Shown: positions 31,406 through 42,075 of the stretch, in pieces | Layout of the letters: each line of letters starts with the position of its first letter | How positions within the stretch are numbered: position 1 is the first letter of the stretch | Source: a virus | Direction: 5' to 3' (one strand) | IMG/VR virus record: IMGVR_UViG_3300021591_000018 | Coordinates: 12,754 to 76,753 of that record | Length of the DNA stretch: 64,000 nt | Notes under the pieces: model-generated | What the model was told of the DNA's origin: nothing | Databases searched by the model: none | The model's input: only the letters and a program-made list of their open reading frames with translations | Program-made: the position numbers and the translations under genes

Positions 31406-32896
31406 TCATGATGTACATTTCGACCCTCCGAAGAGCTTTACACCTTTGCATTCGGCTGTAAAGACCAATTCTCGTAACGCTTTAAGGACATCACGATAGC
31501 CAAACGATACGGCTACTGCACCGACGACAGGCACTTTCTCCTCACTACCAAGCACGGGTACATCGAATCTGTAGACGTGAGTCACCTCGTAGACTCCGTT
31601 TTCCTCCCGAATTGTGTAGGCATTCTTCTTATCGACGACAACCGGTAAGTCAAACCCTAAAGTCCGTGCGACTTCACGTGCCTTCTTTGAGGTAGCCTTC
31701 AGCGCGACTTGGTAGACTTCGGTTTCGCCTAGCTCCTCAAATTTCAGTCGCTTCCACGTTGTCATTCAAATCACCGACATGAACCATCCAGTTACCTTAA
31801 TGTTGAGTTCGTCAGCATCCTCATCGAATAGTACACGTAATGCACCCTCAGGTTCCGAATAGATGTCAACATTATGGAACCAGAGGTGATACTCAACAAT
31901 CAAACCGTCGAGGTCATCGTATGCAAGGATCTCGTAGTGGACCTTATCCTCTATCCGAACCTCTCTGACTGTCGTCCAGCCGTAGCGGGTGAAGATCGGA
32001 AGTTTAAGTCCTCTCAGTTTAGCTTCTCTTTTTGCTACTGGACTTGTATTCTCAACTGCAAGGTCATAGGCTGTCTTCATCAACACTCACCTTAACAAGT
32101 TCCTCGAGAATCTCTGAATGACCTAAAGTTAGTGACTCAATCTTACGTAAAGCTTCATTGACTGTTATGTTAGCAACCGAACCTTCAACCCAGAGGAGCT
32201 GACGATAGATTTTGTTCTCGATTGTGTAGTACCTCGTTATTACGTACACTTTAGTTCCATCTAGATCAACCTCTTCAACTGTAAGTATACCTAACCATGA
32301 GTCAACTGGTAACTCTAACTTTAGTAATTTCGCAAGGTTAAGTGCCTCCTTTGAGGTGTGTTTCAGAGCCAATTCCTTAAGAACAGCCATTTTCCTTCGC
32401 ATTAAACCTTTAACTTCTTTCGAATCCATGCCAGAAACCTCCTCAGTCGACTCTTCTTAGGTACGTGTCCTATTGAATCAATCTCAATGTAACCGTATGT
32501 TTGCGGTCGATGGTATCGTGCATCGACAATAGCACGTAACGCATCTCTAGCTGAACTAAAGCTCATTGAAGTCCACGTCGAGTTGTAAGCAAACTCAAGT
32601 ACTGCACGTACAACTCGACCGTTGAACTCACTGTAATGAACAACGAAGTAACGCTTCCCATGTGGGGTTATTGTAGATTCGACTGTCAGCAATCCGAGCT
32701 TCGTATACATCGGTAACTCGTAGCCTAGAACCTTTGCAAGTTCAAGTGCTTCCTTATCTGTTCCACGTCGAGCTGCTTCCCAGACTTTCTTCGGGAGTAA
32801 CTTCATCTTGAGGCGATATGGGCGTCCGTAATCATCACTCAACGGCGAACACCCCAAGTTCGTCGAGTTTACGGAGAAGCTCCTCGGGAGTTGCAA
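31406..32896 (-). repeat. Tandem array of four paralogous genes (31406-31765, 31766-32086, 32064-32429, 32402-32896)
   Basis: Shared N-terminal motif A...T(S/D)..A...A(K/R).L...LP. Confidence 0.75.
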
Positions 32897-33826
32897 AGTG
32901 GCGACTGCTGCCGTCGACTACGATTCGATACGCTGCAATGATTCGATTGGTTTCATGCAGGACCCAAGTTTGAAAGGTAATGGCGTTCAACTTTATGAGT
33001 GCCTTAACAATCTGGTGTAAACCACGAAGTAACGAACATCTAATAAGCTCCTGCTTCATGGCAACTCTTATGACAGCAGCTACTAAGTCATCTGATGTCG
33101 ATGGATAAACACGGTACGTACTACTTGCAAACTCTGCTAATTCGTATTCGTCTAAATTCAAGTCAATCACCAAACACTCCTAAGTCGTCAAGCTTACGTA
33201 ACAATTCTTGAGGCCCTGCAAACATAAGTTTCTCTTCATCAACCATGATGCTATACCATGCCGCAGTGGAAACTCCGTAGTTGTTGACTATGAATGTGAT
33301 TGCACCGAGACGTACAAGTGCCTCGACGACCTTTTCGACCCCGATAATCTTTGCCATTCGCATAAGGTCGTTGACGAGTGAGTTGTGTACTGCCTGTTCT
33401 TCGTTTCCATCCAACGATCTCCAGTAAACTCGCATAGAGCCTGACTTAGTCTTTACATATTTATAGTTCTTCGACATAGCGTCGTCTTCACCCTCCTACG
33501 TCAAAGAGACCGAGTTCATCAAGTTTACGGAGCAACTCCTTCGGACTTGCGAAGTAAAGTTGATCGTTGTCAACGATGATCCGGTACGCTGCGATGACAA
33601 CTTTGGTCTGTTCTAAAACCCATGTCTGGAAGCAGATTACCTTCATCCTTATGAGTACGTTGATGACGTTATGTAATCCTCGTAACCTCGCATAGCGTTC
33701 CAGTTCAAGCTTCAGTGCAATCTTTATGGACTCGATGTCAAGTGTTTTCGACATCTCGTACACTCGGAATGTACCTCGGTCAGATTCCGAAACTCTGTAA
33801 CCAGTATACGGATCGAAGACTATCAA
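32835..33826 (-). repeat. Tandem array of three paralogous genes (32835-33173, 33163-33477, 33488-33826)
   Basis: Shared C-terminus Y.I.VD.....FA.P.ELLRKLD(E/D)LG(V/L)F. Confidence 0.85.
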
Positions 33827-33838
33827 CTGCTACCACCA

Positions 33839-34903
33839 CTATCTCAGTCGCACGACCTCACCCCATGGTGGTTCTTGATCAACTGTTGCCCAGACAACGG
33901 GATACGAAGGTGGCTCGTTTGGATATACACCATTACCATCAGTGAGGTAGACGAGGAGCTTACAATCAGGCTTGTTCTCCTCGATCCACTTGAAGACTGG
34001 ACGGAAGTCAGTTCCGCCTCTGTTGAAGACGATACTTTCGAGGTCGAATGCCGAGTCAACTTCGTAGACAGAGTGTACTCTTGTATCACAGCACAGTAAC
34101 GTTATATGTAAGCTTGGGAACTGATGGTAGAGGTTGCGTAACACACCGAGGAATTCACGACCTTCATCGTCGGTTATACTCCCAGAAGTATCAACAGCTG
34201 CAACGATTTCGACATGCTTTCGCTCAACGTCAGGTAGGTAGACAGAAGTGAATCGTCGATCTCTACACAGCCACGTGTAGTCGACGATGTACCTCTGAGC
34301 TATGACATTGAACAGGAGTTCGAAAGGTAGATATTTGTCTGTTAGTGCTGCATCTAACAGTTGACCGAACTCTCCGGGTTCTGATCCAATCATACGTTTG
34401 TGGATTTCGATGGCCTCACGTATGACTCGTGCTAACTTACGTTTGAACTCCTTCGGTACGTCACCGTATCGATGTGCGTCAAGAACGTGTACATACTTGA
34501 CTTTAACTTTCTCGTAAATCTCCTCTGCAGTCATGTCCTGACACTGTGGATCGATGAGTAATGGTATTGATGGCTCTGGTACGTGCATCTTATAGACCAG
34601 TTGTGAGTTGATCGCAAGGTCACATGCAATATTCCAACGCTTCATTTCACGGTCTCCTTTACGACCGAAGTGATCAAGGATGATATGACCGAGCTCATGT
34701 AGATAGACGAAGATGATGTCGTTGACACTATGCTGTGTGACTAACTTCTCGGTTAAGTGAACTTCTGTTGGTGTTGCCTCACCGTACTCCGAGCCATCGA
34801 TCTCATCAAGCACCTTGACAGGAATGTGCATCATTATGTAACCGAAGAACGGATAGTCCGAGAGAATTCGAGTCCTCGCTAACTTAAGCTTCTCGTACTC
34901 CAT
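33839..34903 (-). CDS. Metallopeptidase-like + VWA domain protein (DUF2201-like)
   Basis: HELGH, WNIACDLAIN, MIDAS DTSGS, GGTDF and YLTDG. Confidence 0.85.
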   Translation of the reverse strand: MEYEKLKLARTRILSDYPFFGYIMMHIPVKVLDEIDGSEYGEATPTEVHLTEKLVTQHSVNDIIFVYLHELGHIILDHFGRKGDREMKRWNIACDLAINSQLVYKMHVPEPSIPLLIDPQCQDMTAEEIYEKVKVKYVHVLDAHRYGDVPKEFKRKLARVIREAIEIHKRMIGSEPGEFGQLLDAALTDKYLPFELLFNVIAQRYIVDYTWLCRDRRFTSVYLPDVERKHVEIVAAVDTSGSITDDEGREFLGVLRNLYHQFPSLHITLLCCDTRVHSVYEVDSAFDLESIVFNRGGTDFRPVFKWIEENKPDCKLLVYLTDGNGVYPNEPPSYPVVWATVDQEPPWGEVVRLR

Positions 34904-35998
34904 AGACTACCACCTTATAGTGCTCTTCGAATCGCCTTCCGCATCTTGGGCAGAAGTTGTTGTCGGTGTCTTTAAATGCCCCCTCCTTACCACAAAAGGC
35001 GCATCTTGAAAAGCGATATCGTACAACACATCGAACATAATCCTCAAGGTTGTTGTGAAGTCCATGTAGAGCCTTCTTTAAGTCGAGTTCCTTGAAGATG
35101 TGTAACTCGTTACGTACCAAGACGATCAAACGATACTCGACGGTCTTCGTCGGTACAACAATACATGCAAAACAGTAATCTGAGAGTCGACGATAGGGAG
35201 TGAGACCTTTCAATTTGCACTCCTTTATCAACTCATCGTACCTTCGTTTCGCACCATCCGTCTTGATGAGCTCACTAATGTCTTTATAGACTGTTGAAAA
35301 CCTCGGTAAGAATCTTGTATCGATGAATTCTGGATTTCGTTCCAATTGTAAAATCGAATCAACGGTTTGGAAGACGTATTGGAAGATACCATGGAGTTCC
35401 TCATCAGTTTCGACACGGTAACCGTAGAAGATGATCATACCTTCTCACCGTAAACAATTGCTTTAAAATGCTCCTTGAACGTCAAACCACAACGGTAGCA
35501 ATACTTCGCATCGTTCTTTCTGAATGCATCAGTTGCGTTACATCGAGCACAGTCTGGAAATGCATACCGAACAAATCGCATGAGAAACGACGAAAGTTCA
35601 TGATGGAGTGCTTTGACGCCGTCATCAGCTCTTGCAAAGAAGCGTGTGTCGTACGTATCCCTTAGCAAGATGACAAGTAGGAATCCAGCATTTAATGTGG
35701 TGACTAACGCTGCGAAACAGTGAGGTGAGACTCGTCGATACGGTTCTAATCCAGTAACGTCCAGTAGCCTCTGTAACTCTTCGTATGCCCGTTTTTGCGG
35801 TTCCGCTAACTGATCTGGAAAGTCCCTGATTGATGGTATCGACCCAACTTCAATAACAGCTGGATTCTCAGGTGGCTCGTTTTCATCAGTAAGAAGTAAC
35901 TGTAGAGCCTGGTATAGTTCCTCGTCGGTTTCTGCTTTGTAACCACCGATTATGTAGATCATAGTAGGAACCGTCCCCACTTTTGGATAGGTTTCCAC
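34884..35998 (-). CDS. Two paralogous Zn-finger proteins (34884-35438, 35435-35998)
   Basis: Shared GY..ETDEEL, GL.PYRR.S..CFA, KALH and C..C...C.RCG..F.EH.K..VYG. Confidence 0.75.
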
Positions 35999-37053
35999 TC
36001 TGGGTGGTCAAGCAGTTTCATACCGTACTGATTGATGAGGAACTTACCGACTAAAGCTGAGAACTCTGGCATGATGTTGAAGAGTCGCTTCAGAACGATG
36101 AGGACAGCTCGTAGATTCTTCTCGTTCCGTGCTTTCTCCATGAGTGCACCTGATAATGCGTAGATCTGGTCGACTTGCTTCGGTAACGGTGTTGTTTCAG
36201 GATTCTTGAGTATCTCATCGATGTCAAATGACAGCATCAAGTCGATGAATGCCATGAATTCGACTGCAGCACCTACTCCAACTGCTGAGCTAACAAGCAA
36301 CTGGAGTCGTTCCTTCTCTTCAGTTGGAACGTCTCGGATGAGTTTACTTGCAAACTCCCATGTCCTCGGCAACGGGAAGGTGTCCTGCTTCGATTTCGGG
36401 TCGAACTTGCAGAGCATGTCAGGACGTTTCGCTATGAATGCGATAATTCGACCGTCAATGTCGTGCTGTGTCGCCCAGTTGAGCCAGTCGTCACTATCAG
36501 TAATCAATTCGACGTTAATCCATCGTGTACGAAGAGGTGTTAGCACCATGAATGCACCGGCGCCATGTTCCATTCGATTACCAGCAGCTGCAACCCAGTA
36601 GCCATCAGGAAGGATGTAGTTGTCGAGTGACCTCTGTAAGAACAGTCGGAATGCAGCTTTCTGGCACGCTGGCTCTGCAGTTGGCATGTCATCGAAGAAG
36701 ATGATACCGTAACCGCAACGTGGAAGCTCCTCAGTGGGCAACCATCGGGTTGTGTTATTCGCATAGTCAGGCCATGGTGTACCTCTGATGTCAACTGGGT
36801 TACGCAAAGTCATCCGAATATCATGTACAATAAAATAGTCGTCCGATGGTTGAGTCCATGGGTAGATACCGAACTTCTTACCTAACTCGTTGGCAATCTG
36901 TTCTCCTGCAGTATAGAAGCAAGCACTCTTACCTATTCCTGGAATGCCCCAGACCATTAGTGGAATACGTCGACGATAGCAGTGAATGATTAGGTCGATT
37001 AGCTCACTTGGTGTTACAACTGGCGACCCGTGTGACTGAATTCGTTCACTCAT
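35959..37053 (-). CDS. MoxR-like AAA+ ATPase
   Basis: WGIPGIGKS, DIRG.P, IIFFDD, AAGNR and PRTWE; partner of the VWA protein. Confidence 0.85.
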   Translation of the reverse strand: MSERIQSHGSPVVTPSELIDLIIHCYRRRIPLMVWGIPGIGKSACFYTAGEQIANELGKKFGIYPWTQPSDDYFIVHDIRMTLRNPVDIRGTPWPDYANNTTRWLPTEELPRCGYGIIFFDDMPTAEPACQKAAFRLFLQRSLDNYILPDGYWVAAAGNRMEHGAGAFMVLTPLRTRWINVELITDSDDWLNWATQHDIDGRIIAFIAKRPDMLCKFDPKSKQDTFPLPRTWEFASKLIRDVPTEEKERLQLLVSSAVGVGAAVEFMAFIDLMLSFDIDEILKNPETTPLPKQVDQIYALSGALMEKARNEKNLRAVLIVLKRLFNIMPEFSALVGKFLINQYGMKLLDHPEWKPIQKWGRFLL

Positions 37054-37905
37054 GGAGCTTCACCCGAAAATCGCTTCCACATACGGATTTCCTCTCGGGT
37101 GAAGTTAATCTCGTCCCGTAATCCTCCACAAGGGTGATTCTTGTACATCTCGAGGAGCTTCTGGTAGTAGTCCCAGATCTGCTTACGAATCTCGTCGTAC
37201 ATCTTCATCACCTTGTGAAGCAAGAAGTGCTAGTAAAAGCGATATGTATCTCGCAACCTCGAGCCATCCTTCCTTCCGAATGGTGTCAGCTATTATCGAA
37301 GTTAAGGTCTTCACCATCCCATCGATATTCTTCTCCTGTCGGAATGTTATGATTAGTAGATAGCCAAGTATACGTCGACGACTTTCGAAGTCGAAGTCCC
37401 GAAGCTTTTTGTAGATTTCCTTCGCCGCCTCGAATTCCTTCTGTATGGTTTCATCCAACTTCCCTCACCTCCTGGAGAATCCTTCCAACTAAAGTATCGA
37501 CAACTCTCTTGGTTGCTTGATCGACTTTCTCGAATGTTGCCTCATCAACTCCTAGGATACGCATGGTGAATTCCTTCTCTGTGTTACGGAACCCACCAGC
37601 TAATTCAAAGAAGAGGCAGATGCGTACAAGTCGCTCCATCTTACCTCACCTCATAGAATCGGATTGCGATGTCGATCAGCGTGTCCAGTACACTGTCAAC
37701 GATCTTCGTCAAATCCTCGGCGATCTCAACTGCCAGGTCAAACTCCTCATCATCTGCGTTAAACTCTTCCTTCAAATCGTTCTCTAGGTCGTACGGGTCA
37801 AGTCCCATAAGCTGAAGGACGACGCACTTCTTTATCAAATCGCTCATCATCTAACTTTCACCTCCTAACAGTTCTAGGGGTGACGCCTTTACGACGCCAC
37901 CCTGT

Positions 37906-38688
37906 CTAGACCACGGAGGCTAATTCCAAAAATAACTCACGGAGGTTTACTTCCTGAGCAACCTTATCTAAATTTAATGCACAGTACGGACAGTAACGGT
38001 AGTCTTCGAGAAGTATCTTGTTACACGACGGACAGTAACACATTAATGAACGGACGAGACGGGTTCGGAATTCCTTAGCTTCAGAAGCTAAACGAAGGAT
38101 AGATTCGTTAGTTGGACGCAATCCGAGTCTCGATAGCTTAATGACATACGATAGCAATAGCTCAGTTAGCGTCTTTGGTTTGTCCAAAATAAGGAAGACT
38201 TTTTCACTTGTTACGATACACCGTACATCGTCGAAAACTGGTTCGAGGTTGACACCAATAATTCGTGCTCGTTTAATTAGCGTCTCAGTGTCCTTAAGTT
38301 TGTCAACGGCTGTGATATTTAGTCGTTTTAGTTCACGTTCACCAACGAAGCACCGTGCATTGAAAACCCGTGGAGTTGCTTGAATTCCACGTTTCTCGAG
38401 CTCTCCTTGTATGTACCATTCGAGCTGCTTATCCGTCATGTAGTTTTCACGCATCCAGAGGTAACCCTGTACTGTTAGGTGGATCTCGTTCTGTTGTCGT
38501 ATTGCGAAACCTCTGTCGATGAGTTTCTGAACGATCCGGTCAACATCGTATCGGTACGGTTTGATTTTGGCACGAAGGTGCTCGTAGAGAAACCGTAAAC
38601 AGGTATACGTTTGCTGCGGAGGTCGTATGTAGTGATATTTTGTACTCCGTCCTTCTGGGAGGGAACGAAGCTTATTCACATCCAACAC
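37906..38688 (-). CDS. Hypothetical protein, wHTH-like N-terminus and C-terminal double Zn ribbon
   Basis: CPSC...YCPYC. Confidence 0.55.
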   Translation of the reverse strand: MLDVNKLRSLPEGRSTKYHYIRPPQQTYTCLRFLYEHLRAKIKPYRYDVDRIVQKLIDRGFAIRQQNEIHLTVQGYLWMRENYMTDKQLEWYIQGELEKRGIQATPRVFNARCFVGERELKRLNITAVDKLKDTETLIKRARIIGVNLEPVFDDVRCIVTSEKVFLILDKPKTLTELLLSYVIKLSRLGLRPTNESILRLASEAKEFRTRLVRSLMCYCPSCNKILLEDYRYCPYCALNLDKVAQEVNLRELFLELASVV

Positions 38689-39565
38689 TCTGTCTCACCA
38701 TCTTAAGATGATCGGTAAACGACAACCCACAGAATTCACAGTAGTTACCGATGATGTAAGATTGATTACAGTTCCTACACTTCTGGCGACGTGAATAGTA
38801 GTAGATAATGCGATCGTCATCCATGTAAACTCGCAAGACTTCATCAAGGTTTGAGCTATTGTAGATCCAACAGTCCTCAGATTTGATGACGTACGATGAG
38901 CCTTCGACAACTAACTTCACCTTCAGTCGACCAAGTTGTTTCTCCTTCGGAATGCCGAGTAGACGTGACTTCTTGTTAAGGTAGTCGACTTTGTACTGCA
39001 CAGTTGGGAAGACACCTGATAGAAGTTTGAAGTAGTTTAAGGCTATTTCTTTCTCGTTCATGTCGACGTAGTACTTCTTCGTCTTTCGATAGATACGGTA
39101 CTTACCGGTTGGTAGACGTTCGATTTCCCATGGCCACTTTTCGAGAAACTGTTTGACCCGACGTTTGATGATGCAGTCTTCCTGTGACTTCACTCGCTCG
39201 TATTCACGTACACCATCTGGAAGAATCCGTAGCTCCTTCTTTATGATAGGATAATGATATCCACGTACAGACTTGATGTAAACCTGTTGATAGCGTGAGG
39301 TTATGAGCCCACCTTTCTCAAGTTGAATTATCTGGAGGTTGTGATTACCCCAAGGATCACCTCTACCCTGATTCTTCAACCACTCGAGAACTTCCTTCAT
39401 TGGAACCCATCGATAGGCATTTTCGTATAGATACTCGAGGACGAGGTAAGGCATTGAACCATAACGGACCGACTTCTGACAACGGAGCTTACCAGGCTGA
39501 TTGTAGAAGCGACCTTTTGGAAGTTTTGCTAACTCCTCCATCAGTTGCTTGTTTTCGCTAAGCAT
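38672..39565 (-). CDS. Hypothetical protein with C-terminal Zn ribbon
   Basis: C-terminal domain (LG.LKVKL...DDD.I..YY...C..C...C..C) is shared with 39811-40251 and 40185-40535. Confidence 0.6.
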   Translation of the reverse strand: MLSENKQLMEELAKLPKGRFYNQPGKLRCQKSVRYGSMPYLVLEYLYENAYRWVPMKEVLEWLKNQGRGDPWGNHNLQIIQLEKGGLITSRYQQVYIKSVRGYHYPIIKKELRILPDGVREYERVKSQEDCIIKRRVKQFLEKWPWEIERLPTGKYRIYRKTKKYYVDMNEKEIALNYFKLLSGVFPTVQYKVDYLNKKSRLLGIPKEKQLGRLKVKLVVEGSSYVIKSEDCWIYNSSNLDEVLRVYMDDDRIIYYYSRRQKCRNCNQSYIIGNYCEFCGLSFTDHLKMVRQSVGCE

Positions 39566-39810
39566 AGACTTTCACCTGAACGACTCTCAAACCCTTGAGT
39601 ATCTGAGGGATGATAATTTCCTGGTTGTTCTCAATGAGCTCTATGACTCTCTTACGGCAGAACTCCTGGTCAGTTAGCATCTTTCGCTTGAATTCCTCCC
39701 AGTTCTCGGTATCACTCTCAGTCCAATGAACGTAGAGGTTTACATTTACCTTCGCTTCGAGTACTTCCTCAGGCATACGATAACACCTCAAATTTAATTT
39801 CTCTCTCATT

Positions 39811-40535
39811 TTATTTTGAGACAGCTCCTACGAGTCGCTTGCGGTTGTATTCGATCATCTCCTGAAGCGTATGATGGCAGTTCGCACACCGAATCTCACC
39901 CCAATCGAAGTACTTACGAGTACCACAGAATGGACACCCTGTTATGAAGGTGTAGAACCGTAAGATGGACTCATCGTCTAAGAAGTCGCGGATTACTTCC
40001 TTTGCTGTAGCATCTGGAAGGTAGATGACGGGTTCGAGTGGAGACTCTCTAGTCTTGTCATCGTCATCAAGTACGATCCAACAGTTGTTGTCGCTGGCTT
40101 CTAGTCGAATCTTTAGCTTTCCAATTTGCCGTTCGGGTTTGATGTTTAGGGTTTCGAGTAACATCCTCAATCGATTCAAGTCGGTCATATTCCTAACCTC
40201 CTCTTCCACTCCTCGACCATCTCTTGGAGTGTATGACCACAAACTCGACAACGTTTAGTGTTCCAATCGTAACTCCATTCACAGAATGGACAGCCTTTCT
40301 TATAGGCATAGAACCTGAGAATGAAATCATCGTCGAGAAAGACACGGAGAATCTCCTCAGGATCCGTACGATAAGAGAACGTCAGAATGAAGGTTTGATC
40401 TCCATCACATACTGTTAAATATACGAAGATGTCTTTAGGTTGCCACTCCAGTTTAACTGTTAGCTTACCGAGTCGACGTGTTGGGCTGACGTTTAAGATG
40501 TTCGTTAAATGGATGAGCTTCTGAATGTCCGTCAC
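39811..40535 (-). CDS. Two paralogous Zn-ribbon proteins (39811-~40188, 40185-40535)
   Basis: Both contain MTD..., GKL...LE, FLDD..ILRFY, GCPFC and HTLQEM. Confidence 0.75.
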
Positions 40536-40981
40536 TCGTTTACCTCCTTTATCTTCCTAACCTGCGACTTATGCATCTTTACGGGTAGTAGGGATTTAGC
40601 CTCATCGAACTGGACGATGATGTTGTTTCCTTCAACAGCAATTACTGTGCCTCTCATACCTCGCATAAGTCCTGTGACGACCTCCACTCTGTCGTTGACG
40701 TTGTAAGTCACTTCAGGTGGTCTTACGAGTCGTTCAACTTCTTCGACTGTGACCATTCCTGGGAGAATCCCTCGAATCCATCGACACCCATCCTTGTATG
40801 TTTCGGAGACTAACTGTCGAACGTACTCGTAGTACTGTGTCTCGATGTAAATGTAACCAGGCGTTCTGTCAGAGAATATCATCGAGGTTATTGGGATGTT
40901 TGTCCGTTCAGCTACATCTGCTAACCAGTGTGCTGTTGCCTCTTCCTGATCCCTTAACACACGGATTACGAAGAAAGGCAA
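40532..40981 (-). CDS. spt5: Transcription elongation factor Spt5/NusG homologue
   Basis: NGN domain (FVIRV...QE, PGYIYIE) and KOW motif (DRVEVVTGLMRGMRGTVIAV); GGAGGTG RBS. Confidence 0.85.
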   Translation of the reverse strand: MPFFVIRVLRDQEEATAHWLADVAERTNIPITSMIFSDRTPGYIYIETQYYEYVRQLVSETYKDGCRWIRGILPGMVTVEEVERLVRPPEVTYNVNDRVEVVTGLMRGMRGTVIAVEGNNIIVQFDEAKSLLPVKMHKSQVRKIKEVNE

Positions 40982-41019
40982 TCTAACACCTCCAATTGTG
41001 AGTTATACATCTTAGTGTC

Positions 41020-41070
41020 ACCTCATATTTAAATTTTTTCTCTCTCAAAAAATTTTTTGTGACGGTTCCA
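41020..41070 (-). promoter_or_regulatory. Conserved ~38-bp motif with purine run and TATA-like TTTAAATA upstream of spt5
   Basis: TGGAACCGTC-A/T tract-TGAGAGAGAAA..TTTAAA; related copies at 22463-22499, 30773-30810 and 39793-39829. Confidence 0.55.
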
Positions 41071-41550
41071 GGTTTTCGTTAACTGTTAGACCTGTGACTC
41101 ATTTAACGGTAGACTAATGGATTGATAGACTGAAAGTTTGATGACTGAAGTTCTGACAAAATGATTAACTTACACTGTGGGTCGCTCGGCGACTGTCGGA
41201 CGGTTTGCGTTGACTGTGCCTTCAAGCTTCACTGACAGCTGTTGATGAAGATGATCATCATCGTGAGGGCAGTAAGTGTGAAGGGTGGGCTCCAGTTTCA
41301 GCATTTCACTCAACTTTAGTCGTCCAGTCGAGCAGTTTGCTGAGTTGACAGTTGAAATTTCATCGGGTTGTTGATTTAACTGTTACTGACGGTTGTTGAT
41401 GATGATGATGAAGAATATGACAGGATTTTAGTCCACAATTGTTCGACGATTAATCGTCGCAAAATTTTAAATATTGGTTCACCGATATACTCCTTGGATG
41501 ACGTTTGAACGGCTGTTAACTGTGCGTCTTGCATCTGGGAGGTCGATGAC

Positions 41551-41847
41551 TTGGCGAGAGGCCGACCTGGTGCCCCGTTGAGACGAGCAAGGGTGGGGCG
41601 CATCTACCGAGTCGTACTGCGTCTTCCAGGACTGGAGGTTGTGCTGCGAGCCGCCCTCTGCCTCCACTGCAACCAGGTGACTGTGCCTCGCACCACTGTG
41701 CCTCGTTGTTGCCCGATCTGTAAGACATGGTGGGATACAGTTGACGAAGAGACCATTGTACTTGAGAAAGACGTTGCAACTGACAGATGGCATCTCGTCG
41801 AGTCAGACCTCAAGGCTGTTCGCGTTTACACCGGACTGCCGTTCTAG
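41551..41847 (+). CDS. Zn-finger protein; lone plus-strand gene in the left arm
   Basis: CLHC...CPIC; GGAGGT RBS; TTTAAATATTG at 41466. Confidence 0.55.
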   Translation: MARGRPGAPLRRARVGRIYRVVLRLPGLEVVLRAALCLHCNQVTVPRTTVPRCCPICKTWWDTVDEETIVLEKDVATDRWHLVESDLKAVRVYTGLPF

Positions 41848-42075
41848 CCACCTCGAGGACGCCCTAACACATACAGTGACTGCTGCCGGAGGCGACTCGC
41901 ACTAACTTACACGATGACGTATGAGTGGCCGGGTGGCGGCTCACTACATCCAATCGATGACTGACAGGTGCCGGGTGGTGGGCTCGTTCTCACGTTTACG
42001 GTTTACGTTTCGTTCGTTTCGACAACAGAGCGTGCGTTAAGTCACCTTGATCGAAAAAAGGGGGAAGTAAGTCGC

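Noticed and set aside
41880-41990. Mini-CRISPR array
   Set aside because: Repeats are short and degenerate with a period of only ~42 bp. The Cas4-like genes are typical stand-alone viral nucleases.
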